Below are positions 1 to 10,015 of a stretch of DNA of 64,000 nt, one piece after another. Numbering within the stretch: position 1 is the stretch's first letter; every line of letters starts with the position of its first letter. The DNA lies in IMG/VR virus record IMGVR_UViG_3300032294_002797, positions 124,001 to 188,000 of that record, one strand, 5' to 3'. Position numbers and translations under genes: made by a program. Below the pieces are notes generated by a model, which did no database searches, was not told the DNA's origin, and saw only the letters and a program-made list of their open reading frames with translations.

Positions 1-344
1 TGATAATAGTCGATAGACTCTTGCCCATTTTTTTTATCTATATAGTGGTTAGATACTGTTTTTCCATCTCTAATTGCCTCCAAGCACCCAGGCCTTAATA
101 TGCTGATCAAAGCAGATAGATGTTCTATATTTCGAGGCTTTAGTTTTTTAGCCATAGACCGTCCAAGCCTAGACTCCAATTGAAAGCATCCTTTAGTATT
201 GCCGTCAGATATTAGGTCCCAGGTTTTAGAACAGTCTAGATTTAAACTATGTCTAATTGGATCAAACTCCACCAATAACTGGTTGTTTTCTGATGGAATA
301 ATATCGAATGAGCATCCACAATCGTAATTAAAAGTTTTAGGCAT
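1..344 (-). CDS. dnaE: DNA polymerase III alpha subunit, second (fingers/C-terminal) part; partial, runs off the window start; absent from the ORF track
   Basis: Manual translation from ATG at 344: MPKTFNYDCGCSFDII...WDLISDGNTKGCFQLESRLGRSMAKKLKPRNIEHLSALISILRPGCLEAIRDGK... This matches the DnaE pattern TxGVFQLES...LKP..FEDL.A..AL.RPG. The start overlaps the stop of the upstream exonuclease (ATGCCTAA). Confidence 0.9.
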   Translation of the reverse strand, partial: MPKTFNYDCGCSFDIIPSENNQLLVEFDPIRHSLNLDCSKTWDLISDGNTKGCFQLESRLGRSMAKKLKPRNIEHLSALISILRPGCLEAIRDGKTVSNHYIDKKNGQESIDYY

Positions 345-1044
345 GTTTATTTGACGACGATACAAATGAATCTTTGAACTTAACCTTTTGAGATACATTA
401 CGATGAAGTTTTAGAAATCTCATCAGTATCTCTGCACAGTCCTTAACATCTTTAAGAGCATCATGAGCACCTTTTTTATCTATGCCTAGATAATCTCTAA
501 GATTATCCATAGAATAGCTTTTAAGATCGTTATTTTGTTCAAACCAATAAAATACTAAGTTCATAATATCTATAACATCTCTTTGAAAGAAAATATTGCT
601 ATTACCTTCTTTATTGGTATCCCCATATTTCTGACTTAATCTATCAATAATTTTTAGATCAAAGCGATTAATATTGTATCCAGCTGGTAGCGGCGCAGAA
701 AATTGATTTTTCTTAGAACTTCTACTATGGTATTTTGTTAAATATTCTGTAAACATTTTCCAGGATTGTTCTTGAGGAGGATACTTGAGCCATTCGTCCA
801 GTACTTCTTTTTTGGAAGAACCCTTAACTTTGGCATGAAAATCCAAGATATCAGTTTCATATACATACTCAGGATTTTTTTCCAAAACTTCGGGCTTGAA
901 GTAAATATTAAATTCTGAATCTGGAATAATCTCTAGAGATATTGGATCAATTATCACCGAGGCTATCTGAACAGGACTACATTGAGTAGGATCGGAGCCG
1001 TCCGTCTCAAAATCAAAGACACATATTTTATTGTAGTTTATCAT
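337..1044 (-). CDS. DEDDh 3'-5' exonuclease (DnaQ/epsilon-like)
   Basis: ExoI VFDFETDG, ExoII AGYNINRFD, ExoIII AHDALKD. Confidence 0.9.
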   Translation of the reverse strand: MINYNKICVFDFETDGSDPTQCSPVQIASVIIDPISLEIIPDSEFNIYFKPEVLEKNPEYVYETDILDFHAKVKGSSKKEVLDEWLKYPPQEQSWKMFTEYLTKYHSRSSKKNQFSAPLPAGYNINRFDLKIIDRLSQKYGDTNKEGNSNIFFQRDVIDIMNLVFYWFEQNNDLKSYSMDNLRDYLGIDKKGAHDALKDVKDCAEILMRFLKLHRNVSQKVKFKDSFVSSSNKHA

Positions 1045-1226
1045 GAGTTATTAGATTGAATTACTTCCACCTCTGTAATGGGCACAACTTGTATCTTTTC
1101 TCCCGTAGCAACAGACTGAGCATTAAATACTTTGCAGCAACTCAATCTTTCGTCTGGTATTCTCAGGTATTCTTGTTGATTGTATAAAAATTTATCACCA
1201 TTTTTTAAATCTGCCATTCTTGTCAT
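1041..1226 (-). CDS. Small hypothetical beta-barrel-like protein, probable paralogue of 60840..61085
   Basis: 61 aa; GGGAGAATAAAATG RBS and tight coupling to both neighbours; LKNGDKFLY...ATG...TEVE pattern. Confidence 0.65.
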   Translation of the reverse strand: MTRMADLKNGDKFLYNQQEYLRIPDERLSCCKVFNAQSVATGEKIQVVPITEVEVIQSNNS

Positions 1227-1227
1227 T

Positions 1228-3102
1228 TTATTCTCCCTTTTTTAAAATATCTTGTATAGTCATAATTTTATCTAACATAGCAACTCCCAATATGTCAAAC
1301 TTTATTATACCCAAAGATTCTAAATCTTGCATCTCCATACCGGCTATCGTTTGCTCATTTTTTACATCGTACACCATAGGACATATATCTTTTAAAGCAT
1401 GGGAGCTGATGGCTATGCCGGCGGCATGCTTGGATTGATTAGATTTCGTGCCCTCTAATCTTATAGCCTGTTCGAACCTTTTGGCAAGTGGTCCTTGTAA
1501 TTGTTGATTCTCATCTAAATAGCACCAATCTTTTAATTTATCTCCATTATTTTCTAATGCCCAGCGTATAATAGACGCTTCTCCCGTTTCTTCTTTCATT
1601 TCTTGTAGATCGTCAGCTATTTTAGCTTCATCTGGTATGTGCTTGGTGATATTGTTCATTTCATCGAAAGAAATATTACCATAAACACGCAATACATCTT
1701 TCAAGGCTCCTCTTCCTTTGATTGTATTAAACGTAATCATCTGAGAAACTTTATCATGTCCATATTTCTTTTTAATATATTCGATAATATTTTCTCTTTG
1801 ATTGATAGGAACATCAACATCTATATCTGGCATAGAGATATGTTCTGCAGTATTTCTACCAGCATTATAAAATCTATCAAACATTAGATTATACTTAATT
1901 GGATCTATATTGGTAATACCTATTAAATAGGAGACCAAACAACCAGCAGCACTTCCTCTGCCCGGCCCGGGAAGCCAGTTATTGCTTCTTACATAGTTCA
2001 CTATATCCTGCACTATTAGAAAATAGCTAGATAGGTCAGCACCTTGTAGAACTTCTAGTTCGTATTTGATTCTATCTACATATGCGCCATGTTGTTCTTT
2101 ATCTACTAGTGGAACTATTTTTTCTTTCCATCCTTTTCTACACAACTCTCTGAGATATTCTGCATCATCATAACCCTGAGGACAAGAGAACGGAGGTAAA
2201 TTAGGCTTGCTCAAGATATTGTATTCTTCACATAAAGAATCTATATAATTCGTATTCTCTATTTCTTCTTCGGTATGAAGGGTTCGTATTTCATCTTGTG
2301 ATAGTATATGAAAATTATCAGATAGGAAAAAGGCTGATAAACCTATATCCTCGGAATTTGATAATTTTTTATTGATCTCTGGAAATGTTGTTTTTAAATT
2401 ATTGCATAATAGGATTCTTTGATCTACCGCATCTTCTTTTCTACAATAATGGGCATCTGGTGTGCAGACCACTTTGGTATTTGTAATCTTAGATAATTCC
2501 CTAATACACTCCGTCAAATGTACTTGAATAGTCAAATTATGCTTATCCATCAATTGACTTTCCAAGAAAACATTTTCCTTACCAAATACATCTTGCAACT
2601 TATGTATATTTTGAGATCCAATATTTTTCCAGTCGGATATGATTTTATCACTATCTATCAATTTATCAGACAAAACAGAGCCTAAGTGTCCGCATATAGC
2701 TATCAGATTGCCATTAACTAAATGCCCTAATCTATCAAGATCTAGCCTAGGTCTGTGGTAATATAGGTCTGGCTTGTTTGATTCTGACACTATCTGTATC
2801 AAGTTTTTCCATCCATCATAGTTTTTTGCTAATACTAAAAGATGGCTTAATTTTTTATTCGATTTGTCCTGTATGGCAGCATCTTGTGACGAAATGTATA
2901 ATTCACAGCCCAAAATCGGCTTGATGCCATTTCGTCTCATTTCTGTATAAAATTTAATAGCGCCAGCTATATTACCATGATCGGTAAGAGCACAGGATTT
3001 GGCACCTATCTCCAAACAGCGAGAAGCGATCTGAGACGGTTTGGATAGTCCATCCAATAGGCTGTACATTGAATGCACATGGAGAGGAATGTATTTCTTC
3101 AT
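1228..3102 (-). CDS. dnaE: DNA polymerase III alpha subunit, N-terminal part (PHP + palm/thumb)
   Basis: PHP motifs HVHSMYSLLDG, TDHGN, GCE, DAHY; GPGRGSAAG; catalytic MPDIDVD and KFDILG; ends about 18 aa after the third Asp. Confidence 0.95.
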   Translation of the reverse strand: MKKYIPLHVHSMYSLLDGLSKPSQIASRCLEIGAKSCALTDHGNIAGAIKFYTEMRRNGIKPILGCELYISSQDAAIQDKSNKKLSHLLVLAKNYDGWKNLIQIVSESNKPDLYYHRPRLDLDRLGHLVNGNLIAICGHLGSVLSDKLIDSDKIISDWKNIGSQNIHKLQDVFGKENVFLESQLMDKHNLTIQVHLTECIRELSKITNTKVVCTPDAHYCRKEDAVDQRILLCNNLKTTFPEINKKLSNSEDIGLSAFFLSDNFHILSQDEIRTLHTEEEIENTNYIDSLCEEYNILSKPNLPPFSCPQGYDDAEYLRELCRKGWKEKIVPLVDKEQHGAYVDRIKYELEVLQGADLSSYFLIVQDIVNYVRSNNWLPGPGRGSAAGCLVSYLIGITNIDPIKYNLMFDRFYNAGRNTAEHISMPDIDVDVPINQRENIIEYIKKKYGHDKVSQMITFNTIKGRGALKDVLRVYGNISFDEMNNITKHIPDEAKIADDLQEMKEETGEASIIRWALENNGDKLKDWCYLDENQQLQGPLAKRFEQAIRLEGTKSNQSKHAAGIAISSHALKDICPMVYDVKNEQTIAGMEMQDLESLGIIKFDILGVAMLDKIMTIQDILKKGE

Positions 3103-4145
3103 TATTCGGCAGAACCGGGCGCTTTGTATTGACCGATATTATAGCCTTCGCGCTGGTATGTGTCAATGGCATATTCCATTCCGTGTAAGTCTATTTCATG
3201 TTTTATTTGTTCACACTGTGTCATATGTTTGTCAATCGGAGTAACTTGCTTCGATCTGTATTCTATGATCGGTAAATGCTCACTATTCTCGAATGTATTT
3301 TTACCAAAATGACATAATTTAGTGCATTTCCAACTTTTATTGAGTTGTGGATTTGTAGTATTTCTGATACTATCAAATTTATTTTTTAGCATCATTTCTA
3401 CTTGATGAAGATGAGAGTCGTCAAAACAAACAGAAAACATTCCGCCATCATTTATAAAATTAATAGATACAATCACATGCTTAATAGCAGGATACAACTG
3501 CTTAATGGCATAATAATATAACATTAATTGAGCGTCTCTATGTAATTTATCTAGAGTTTTTTCCTCTCCGGTTGCCCAATCTAATCTTTTCCCTGTTTTC
3601 CAGTCGATCACTTCTAGTGTATCGTCGTTAACTTTGGTAATAAGATCGATAGTTCCTTTGATAGCCAAATTACCTGTGAGTCGCCCTTCTTTGGTGAGAT
3701 AGTCATATTTTGCCCAATCTTTTTTTATTTCTATATCGAAATGTTGTTCGGGTTGAACTATATCTCGTTGTCTAGGATCGAACATTCCATTATTATGTTC
3801 TAAAGCTTTATATACCCACTTATAACAATCTTTATAGTCCGTGCTAGACCATGCATGATGAGTAAATAAACTAGTATAATATTGGTAAACCTGTTCTATA
3901 ATAGTGTCTAAATTATAGTTCTTGACATCTACTTGATTAACAATATCATCATAAAAATATGGTCTGCCTTGTTGTGTACACATCTTGATTTCTGCCAAAA
4001 TTTCAAAAACCTTATGGCATATTGTGCCCTTATCTGCTTTTTTATTGGATGGCGATTTTATACCTAGGTTATATTCTATAAAATATTGCATAGGACAAAA
4101 AGAATGAGTTCCATAACTGGAACTGCGTATATATGTAACAATCAT
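3102..4145 (-). CDS. PD-(D/E)XK nuclease, Cas4/AddB-like with probable Fe-S cysteines
   Basis: N-terminal CPMQY and GTICH; KGTIDLI...EVIDWKTG; QLMLYY; C-terminal CTKLC...C. Confidence 0.85.
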   Translation of the reverse strand: MIVTYIRSSSYGTHSFCPMQYFIEYNLGIKSPSNKKADKGTICHKVFEILAEIKMCTQQGRPYFYDDIVNQVDVKNYNLDTIIEQVYQYYTSLFTHHAWSSTDYKDCYKWVYKALEHNNGMFDPRQRDIVQPEQHFDIEIKKDWAKYDYLTKEGRLTGNLAIKGTIDLITKVNDDTLEVIDWKTGKRLDWATGEEKTLDKLHRDAQLMLYYYAIKQLYPAIKHVIVSINFINDGGMFSVCFDDSHLHQVEMMLKNKFDSIRNTTNPQLNKSWKCTKLCHFGKNTFENSEHLPIIEYRSKQVTPIDKHMTQCEQIKHEIDLHGMEYAIDTYQREGYNIGQYKAPGSAE

Positions 4146-4723
4146 ATTTTGTCCTTTAGTAATTGGGTCAAAAATTGAGCTATAATTGTATTTTGCTCTG
4201 GTATTTTAATATCGTGGTTCTCTATTACCAAATCAAATACAGAATGATCGTATCCAGGGGCGTCGAGCGCTATCTCACTCTCATGGTTTGAGCTATAAGG
4301 GTTTCTATTTAATTTGATAATGCAACCACCAGCCTTTTTTATAGCGGACACCTCGTTGGGAAATCGACAATCTGCGATAATGGCCAAATCCACGTTATCT
4401 CTATGAATTTTATTAATAGTAGCATTGGCCCATACATCAGTTTGTATATTTCGAAAAATATCGGTGCCAACAAACTGCATAACTTCTCGTGAGGTCATTT
4501 GTTGTTTTTGCCAGTAACAATCGACTAGCTCATTTTTTTGAGCATCAGAACCGTAGCATTGATCATATGTCAATCCTAAAATATCCATACAAATATTTTT
4601 TTTGAGTGGATCAGCGAAATTATAGATACAACATTTGAGATCGGGATATAAAGATACCACAAACTCAGCGGATGTTGTTTTACCAGATTGTTTTTTACCG
4701 GCGAAAGCTATAATATGTGTCAT
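4142..4723 (-). CDS. Deoxynucleoside monophosphate kinase
   Basis: P-loop AGKKQSGKTT, FADPLK, REVMQFVGTD, IADCRFPNE, HESE. Confidence 0.88.
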   Translation of the reverse strand: MTHIIAFAGKKQSGKTTSAEFVVSLYPDLKCCIYNFADPLKKNICMDILGLTYDQCYGSDAQKNELVDCYWQKQQMTSREVMQFVGTDIFRNIQTDVWANATINKIHRDNVDLAIIADCRFPNEVSAIKKAGGCIIKLNRNPYSSNHESEIALDAPGYDHSVFDLVIENHDIKIPEQNTIIAQFLTQLLKDKI

Positions 4724-4728
4724 AAAAA

Positions 4729-5892
4729 TTAGTTAGGCAATAGAGGGAGAATATCTTGTTTAATCTCTTCTATTGTCATTTCTCCTATATCATTTTTTCG
4801 GATATTATCGGGTATAATAACTTTGTATGTATTTTGACATTTTGATCTAATTTGTTCTGCTGCTTTTTTTCCTGCTTCATCATTATCGGCCAAAACGAAC
4901 ACGCTCATCGCTCCTGATCCATCAAGAATCATTTTTTGACGATCACTAATAGATGAGCCGAAAATGGCAACGCTGTGATGAATACCGGCTTCTTCTAGTC
5001 TCCATACATTACCCGGACTCTCTACAATAATAACATATTGATCTTTGTGTATATGATCTTTTGCAAACCAATAGTTATATAAGTGATTTTGACTTTTAAA
5101 ATTTAAGCTGTGTTTCCATTTAGAATACATATATTTGTATTCTTCTTTGGGACACGCTAGTATAGGATCGTGAAACAGATGGCAGTCGTTACACTTCTCA
5201 TATATACTTCTGCCTGAGCATCCAATCATATACTCATGCTTATTATCATATATAGGAGCAACCACTCTATTATACATTTCTTTATTTGGCTTATTACATA
5301 AGCCTATATCATATTTATCTAAAATCTCTTTAGAAAATCCTCTATTAATAAAATACTCGGATGGAATAATCAAATTTTTTCTGACAGTATCTCTATTGGG
5401 ATGATTGGTTTTTTCAGACATGCGAGGATTCGACATCTGGTTAATAATGGATGTAAACTGTTGCTTATTTCTATGAGTAGTAGAGATTTTAATATCTGCT
5501 AAATTTTTATTGAGAAATTTAGAAACAAAATCTATAGTTTCTTTAAAAGAGCATGCTTCATCACCATCTTTTGACCAATCATATTTGGAATGAGATAAAA
5601 TGCCTCTCACAAAACCTAGTATAGAACCTTTAAAAATTTGTTCACAATTATGAGTTCTGCACTTCCAATTACCCCTATAAGAATCTCCTTGCACATAAAG
5701 ATTTATGGCACTTATATTATCTCCTCCATGTATAGGACAAGCCATAGAAATCATTTTAGAGGATGTTTTGTATTCTAAAGAAAAATGATTTAGTAGTTCT
5801 TCTATATTATCACAAAGATTATCGCACAAAATTTTAAGTTTTGCTTGATCATTCAAATGGGATTTCTGATTCGTTTTTTTCATTGTTTTCAT
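4729..5892 (-). CDS. dnaG: DNA primase (zinc finger + TOPRIM)
   Basis: CPIHGGDN...WKCRTHNC zinc finger; IIVESPGNVW and LADNDEAG TOPRIM motifs. Confidence 0.88.
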   Translation of the reverse strand: MKTMKKTNQKSHLNDQAKLKILCDNLCDNIEELLNHFSLEYKTSSKMISMACPIHGGDNISAINLYVQGDSYRGNWKCRTHNCEQIFKGSILGFVRGILSHSKYDWSKDGDEACSFKETIDFVSKFLNKNLADIKISTTHRNKQQFTSIINQMSNPRMSEKTNHPNRDTVRKNLIIPSEYFINRGFSKEILDKYDIGLCNKPNKEMYNRVVAPIYDNKHEYMIGCSGRSIYEKCNDCHLFHDPILACPKEEYKYMYSKWKHSLNFKSQNHLYNYWFAKDHIHKDQYVIIVESPGNVWRLEEAGIHHSVAIFGSSISDRQKMILDGSGAMSVFVLADNDEAGKKAAEQIRSKCQNTYKVIIPDNIRKNDIGEMTIEEIKQDILPLLPN

Positions 5893-7333
5893 CGATAATA
5901 AATCCGTTAGAGCGGGATCCGCTGTTCTTCATTAGTTCAAGTTTGGTTTGACCTTCAGTGATCTTGGCGCACCAGCCCTTCATGTGACAATTAATATAAT
6001 CGTTGTCGTCGAGTCCGCCACCATGTCGGCTCACAAGCGGTACGAGCTTCCTATTTCCATTATCCGGACCATCTTCTGCGATTTCCTCTGGTGTTTTTCT
6101 TTTGAATATACTGAAATTGCTACACAACCATATAATTCTATCCGAGCCAGATGCGGTATCTGTGCTTTCTTTAGAGATACCATCTCTATTTAATTGAACA
6201 AAAGCAACAATAGGAATTTTATATTTACTGGCAAAATTATGCAATGATGTCATCATAAAACCAAGAACCTGGTATTCTTTTAAGTCTTGTGACATACCTT
6301 GGGTGTCCATCAATTTAAGATAATCATAAAAAATTACACAATCTTTAGCGGAGCCATCTGGATTAAGGCCAACCTCTTTGACTATCCATCGTCTCATTAT
6401 GGCTAGTTGATCCTCAAAGGGCTTGCCTGCAATAGATTTGTAATACAAAGGAGTTTGTTTAAGATCAGCCGTTGCGACCTTGATTTTTTCTAACTTGCTG
6501 GCAGACTCGGCAAATTTTCCGGTTTCTATATGGTTTATTTCCATCTCTGTCATCATAGCAATAACACGATTAACATGATCTTCCTTGGTCATTTCTGTAT
6601 CCATATTGAGCACAGGAATTTTTAGTTTATTGGCAATATAAAATCCTATATTATCAGACAACAAGGTTTTACCTGTTTTGGGTCGTGCAGCAATAACGTT
6701 TATGGTGCTTTTTCTAAGACCACCACCTATTGCATTATCATATGCAGGAAACCCTGTCGGGATACCCACTTGATCTATGGGATTATTTATGAGTTGATCT
6801 ATATATTCGTCTAAATTAGAGGCTATGCTTTCCGGTCCAGAATCAGAATCATTTAGCAACGACGAAAAATCAAAAATGGCATCCTCTGCTATGCCAAGTA
6901 TCGAACCTACACTCTCCGTTCCTGTAACATCTAAGATTTTATCCTGCGCTTTTTCTAGCTGGTTTCTTAGAAGCCTAGCGATTTCTAGCTTTCTAATTTT
7001 TGCTGCAAATTTTCTAATATTTTCACTATTGACAGGAAAATCTAGAATAGCTTTAAGGTGTTGTGTTTCTTCTTTTTTGTTAAAAAAGTGAGATAAACCC
7101 AGTTCCGAAGAAGCAGATAAAATAGTGGCAACGTCGATCTTAGGACGATGTTCTTGATCAAAAATATGTTTTAAGCATCTATAGATAATCTTATTGCTAT
7201 CTACAGTAAAAGTGCTTTCTTGTATCAGGTCGGCTATCTCTAAATAGCTTTCATCCCCATATACAGATATTCCCGCCAAAACAGCTCTCTCTGCTGCTGT
7301 ATCACAAAGTATCATCCTGGACTCCTGGCACAA
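5849..7333 (-). CDS. dnaB: Replicative DNA helicase DnaB-like (true start probably near 7315)
   Basis: AERAVLAG N-terminus; Walker A AARPKTGKT; DTEM; FYDYLKLM; FVQLNR. Confidence 0.92.
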   Translation of the reverse strand: MCQESRMILCDTAAERAVLAGISVYGDESYLEIADLIQESTFTVDSNKIIYRCLKHIFDQEHRPKIDVATILSASSELGLSHFFNKKEETQHLKAILDFPVNSENIRKFAAKIRKLEIARLLRNQLEKAQDKILDVTGTESVGSILGIAEDAIFDFSSLLNDSDSGPESIASNLDEYIDQLINNPIDQVGIPTGFPAYDNAIGGGLRKSTINVIAARPKTGKTLLSDNIGFYIANKLKIPVLNMDTEMTKEDHVNRVIAMMTEMEINHIETGKFAESASKLEKIKVATADLKQTPLYYKSIAGKPFEDQLAIMRRWIVKEVGLNPDGSAKDCVIFYDYLKLMDTQGMSQDLKEYQVLGFMMTSLHNFASKYKIPIVAFVQLNRDGISKESTDTASGSDRIIWLCSNFSIFKRKTPEEIAEDGPDNGNRKLVPLVSRHGGGLDDNDYINCHMKGWCAKITEGQTKLELMKNSGSRSNGFIIDENNEKNESEIPFE

Positions 7334-7695
7334 GCATTACACTTGTATCTCTCTTTCGCTTCCGATAAAAGATTTGGATTTATTTCCTCTGTTCTGCCAC
7401 AAACCCTGCACTTAACGGATACAGGTTCGAATTTTCTTGATCTAGGAGTTGGGCCATATACAGATAGTGCCTTATCGATTGCAGTATCTGCTTTATGTAG
7501 TTGTGCCTCCATCATACTGTCAAATTTATTGGCAAAATTTCCGGGCGTCCGTCTATTGGTTTTTGTTTTGATAGGACTAGCATCAATTGTTTCTAATTCA
7601 TGGTCACCAGAAGAAACTGGTTCCTTTTGTTGAGGCAACATAGACTGCAACATCGCAATCATTTGAGTAATTTGTTCTGGCGTTAAATTATCCAT
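7312..7695 (-). CDS. Hypothetical protein with C-terminal zinc ribbon
   Basis: CRVC...CNAC. Confidence 0.65.
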   Translation of the reverse strand: MDNLTPEQITQMIAMLQSMLPQQKEPVSSGDHELETIDASPIKTKTNRRTPGNFANKFDSMMEAQLHKADTAIDKALSVYGPTPRSRKFEPVSVKCRVCGRTEEINPNLLSEAKERYKCNACARSPG

Positions 7696-8179
7696 TATAT
7701 TTCATCCCTTTACTTTTTTGTATTGATATCAAAATGTCGGATAAATTTTTTATAGATGTGGCTAAATATGTGAGCCTATCTGCTCGTTGTTTGGCAAATT
7801 TTTTAATTTTGTTTAGAGAAGATGCTCTGTCATTATGTTTGATAGCCTGCGAAGATTTTTCTACATAGCCATAGCCTTTATAATTATTGATATCATCGGC
7901 TATAACCTCTTTGAGCGTTTCTTCTGCCCAATTAATTCTAGCTATTTCTCGGTTCAATGTTCGCTGCACATGAAAAGCAAATTGTCCAAGCCGATATGCT
8001 ATTTGTCCACAATCTTCTGTGGTTAACTTTTCTAAGATATCTCGTGACATTGTGAGATATTGGTTTAGCTCTGTTTCTGGTAAAGTATCACTAATATATT
8101 TGTTCAGACCTATACTAGATTCATATTCATCCAGAATCTTATCCCATTCTGATACTTCTTCTTTTGATGTTTTATTCAT
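7688..8179 (-). CDS. Hypothetical coiled-coil protein (position near recA suggests a recombination mediator; weak)
   Basis: 163 aa helical ORF coupled to neighbours; no diagnostic motif. Confidence 0.5.
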   Translation of the reverse strand: MNKTSKEEVSEWDKILDEYESSIGLNKYISDTLPETELNQYLTMSRDILEKLTTEDCGQIAYRLGQFAFHVQRTLNREIARINWAEETLKEVIADDINNYKGYGYVEKSSQAIKHNDRASSLNKIKKFAKQRADRLTYLATSIKNLSDILISIQKSKGMKYNG

Positions 8180-8585
8180 TCAATAGCCTTTGTTTCCATT
8201 CGTCTGGAGTTTCATTATACGGTAGTTCTATATATCTGATATTATTGATTTCGCACCATTCTTTTTTTTCAGCGTCTCTTTTTTTATGCTTAGCAAAGCC
8301 CATTTGGTTAACATGGAAAAAGCCCACAAACTTGTAATGTTGTTCTCCGTGTACTTCTATACATTTTTTAGTTAGCGGTAAGTAAAAATCTAGATATAAA
8401 GTTTCTGATCTTCTGATTGATATCGGAACCTCTTCGAGAATTTGCAAAGTAGGATAACATTCTTTTACTAGGGTCCTAGCGGTTAAATGCAAGTCTGATT
8501 TATTATTATAAGTATGACCATGAGATATGCCTCCAGACAAGCTCCAATTTTGTATATTACCATCAAGATCTATTACTTGCTGCAT
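8172..8585 (-). CDS. Restriction-like (Vsr/DUF559-type) endonuclease
   Basis: LYLDFYLP...CIEVHGEQHY...RD.EK..WC. Confidence 0.75.
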   Translation of the reverse strand: MQQVIDLDGNIQNWSLSGGISHGHTYNNKSDLHLTARTLVKECYPTLQILEEVPISIRRSETLYLDFYLPLTKKCIEVHGEQHYKFVGFFHVNQMGFAKHKKRDAEKKEWCEINNIRYIELPYNETPDEWKQRLLNE

Positions 8586-9592
8586 TTTATGCCCATTGTT
8601 TGGTATAATTCTGTGGTAAGAGCATCATAAACAGTAGGATTATCTATCACAAATTGACGTAATTTTTCTGTGCCTTGAAATTTAGGCTTATCTTCTGCAG
8701 ATGTTACGGTGTACCATGCTCCTCCCTTTGCTATTATGCCCAGATCTATACAGAGCATAATCAGTTCCATTGCCTTGTCAATACCAGAACCGTACCTGAG
8801 GTAGCTTTTGATAGTTCCTCCTGGTGGCCCAAGAGCCGAACAAAGTACTTGCCAATCTATTTCTTGTCCTATTTGCGGACCATCAGCGGTTGCTCGCCAA
8901 GCAGTAAACATTTTAGCTTTTAATTTTACGTCGGTTTGGTATGCAATTGCCTGTCCAGATTTTTCCTTCCACTCTACATTGCCGTATCCGGGATTACCCA
9001 TTAGATGGGTTATACCTATTACGATATTTTTATTTACTGGTATAACATTAGCAACTTTTCTACAAAACTTTGCTAATAATTTTGCACCATCAGCTCGTTG
9101 CATTTTGTCCATATCAGAAGTAATTTCTGCTTCTGTACACAATGCTGAATATGAATCGATAATGATAATAGATCCTGGTTCTTCATTAATAATTCTTTCT
9201 GCTATTTGAAGATATTCTTCTGCATGTAAAATTTTACCTTGTTGAGAACCTATTACATCAAATCTTTCCAAATCTAAGCCGGGTATACCTTCTAAGTCTC
9301 TTTTCTTAAGACGGCCTTCTATATTCAGGTAATAGACATGTCTGGCCTTTTTAAGATCCCCACGATACTGCTCTTTTTGAGCCGTTGCGGCAAAATCGAG
9401 AGAAGTAGTGGTTTTTCCGCACTTTGGTTGTCCAGTAAAAATAACAAAACTACCTTCTGGTATGCCCCCATTGAGTACTATATCTAGTGCAGGACTGACT
9501 GGGATGGTTATTAATTCTCTATCAACTATCGAAGTAGCAGATAGCATAATATCCGAACCAAAATTTTTCTTAACATCCTCTTTAAGTGTCAT
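8573..9592 (-). CDS. recA: RecA-like recombinase
   Basis: LDIVLNGGIPEG, Walker A GQPKCGKTT, IIIDSYSAL, GAWY. Confidence 0.92.
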   Translation of the reverse strand: MTLKEDVKKNFGSDIMLSATSIVDRELITIPVSPALDIVLNGGIPEGSFVIFTGQPKCGKTTTSLDFAATAQKEQYRGDLKKARHVYYLNIEGRLKKRDLEGIPGLDLERFDVIGSQQGKILHAEEYLQIAERIINEEPGSIIIIDSYSALCTEAEITSDMDKMQRADGAKLLAKFCRKVANVIPVNKNIVIGITHLMGNPGYGNVEWKEKSGQAIAYQTDVKLKAKMFTAWRATADGPQIGQEIDWQVLCSALGPPGGTIKSYLRYGSGIDKAMELIMLCIDLGIIAKGGAWYTVTSAEDKPKFQGTEKLRQFVIDNPTVYDALTTELYQTMGIKCSK

Positions 9593-10010
9593 TGTCTATG
9601 TCCTCTAATCTAGATATAATATTTTTTTTATGATGAATCGAATTCGAACAGTCTTTGAATACAATACTATCTTTTCTTTCTATCTGTTTAGTGAGGGTGT
9701 GGTTCTCTTGTGAAATCTGAACCTCGGCTGTTTGTATCATAGCTGGTAAGTGAGGAGCTCGCAAAGAAAAAATTTTTTGACCCTCTGTACTCAGCAGAGC
9801 CTTGATAATAGCTTTAGCACTATATGTTTGCAACAGCTTATTTGCGGTGCCTATCTGGTTTCTGTAAAATAGACTCCATTTTTTATTGGTCCAAAATCTA
9901 TAATGTAAATCTACTTTATCTTTTTTAGCTTTTTGTTCACATATAATTTCTGTAATATATTGTGCTGCTGATACCTCTTTATTATTAGAGTATCGAGATA
10001 TGTATTTCAT
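9582..10010 (-). CDS. Hypothetical phage protein
   Basis: 142 aa ORF in an operon-like run. Confidence 0.6.
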   Translation of the reverse strand: MKYISRYSNNKEVSAAQYITEIICEQKAKKDKVDLHYRFWTNKKWSLFYRNQIGTANKLLQTYSAKAIIKALLSTEGQKIFSLRAPHLPAMIQTAEVQISQENHTLTKQIERKDSIVFKDCSNSIHHKKNIISRLEDIDNDT

Positions 10011-10015
10011 TATAT

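Noticed and set aside
1-3102. Split intein or intron explaining the broken dnaE
   Set aside because: No intein splice-junction residues at either end, and the intervening DNA is fully occupied by two coupled ORFs with RBS, with no room for an intron scaffold.
3102-4145. Cas4-like nuclease as a sign of a CRISPR system
   Set aside because: No repeat-spacer array or other cas genes are visible, and stand-alone Cas4-like nucleases are common in phage replication modules.
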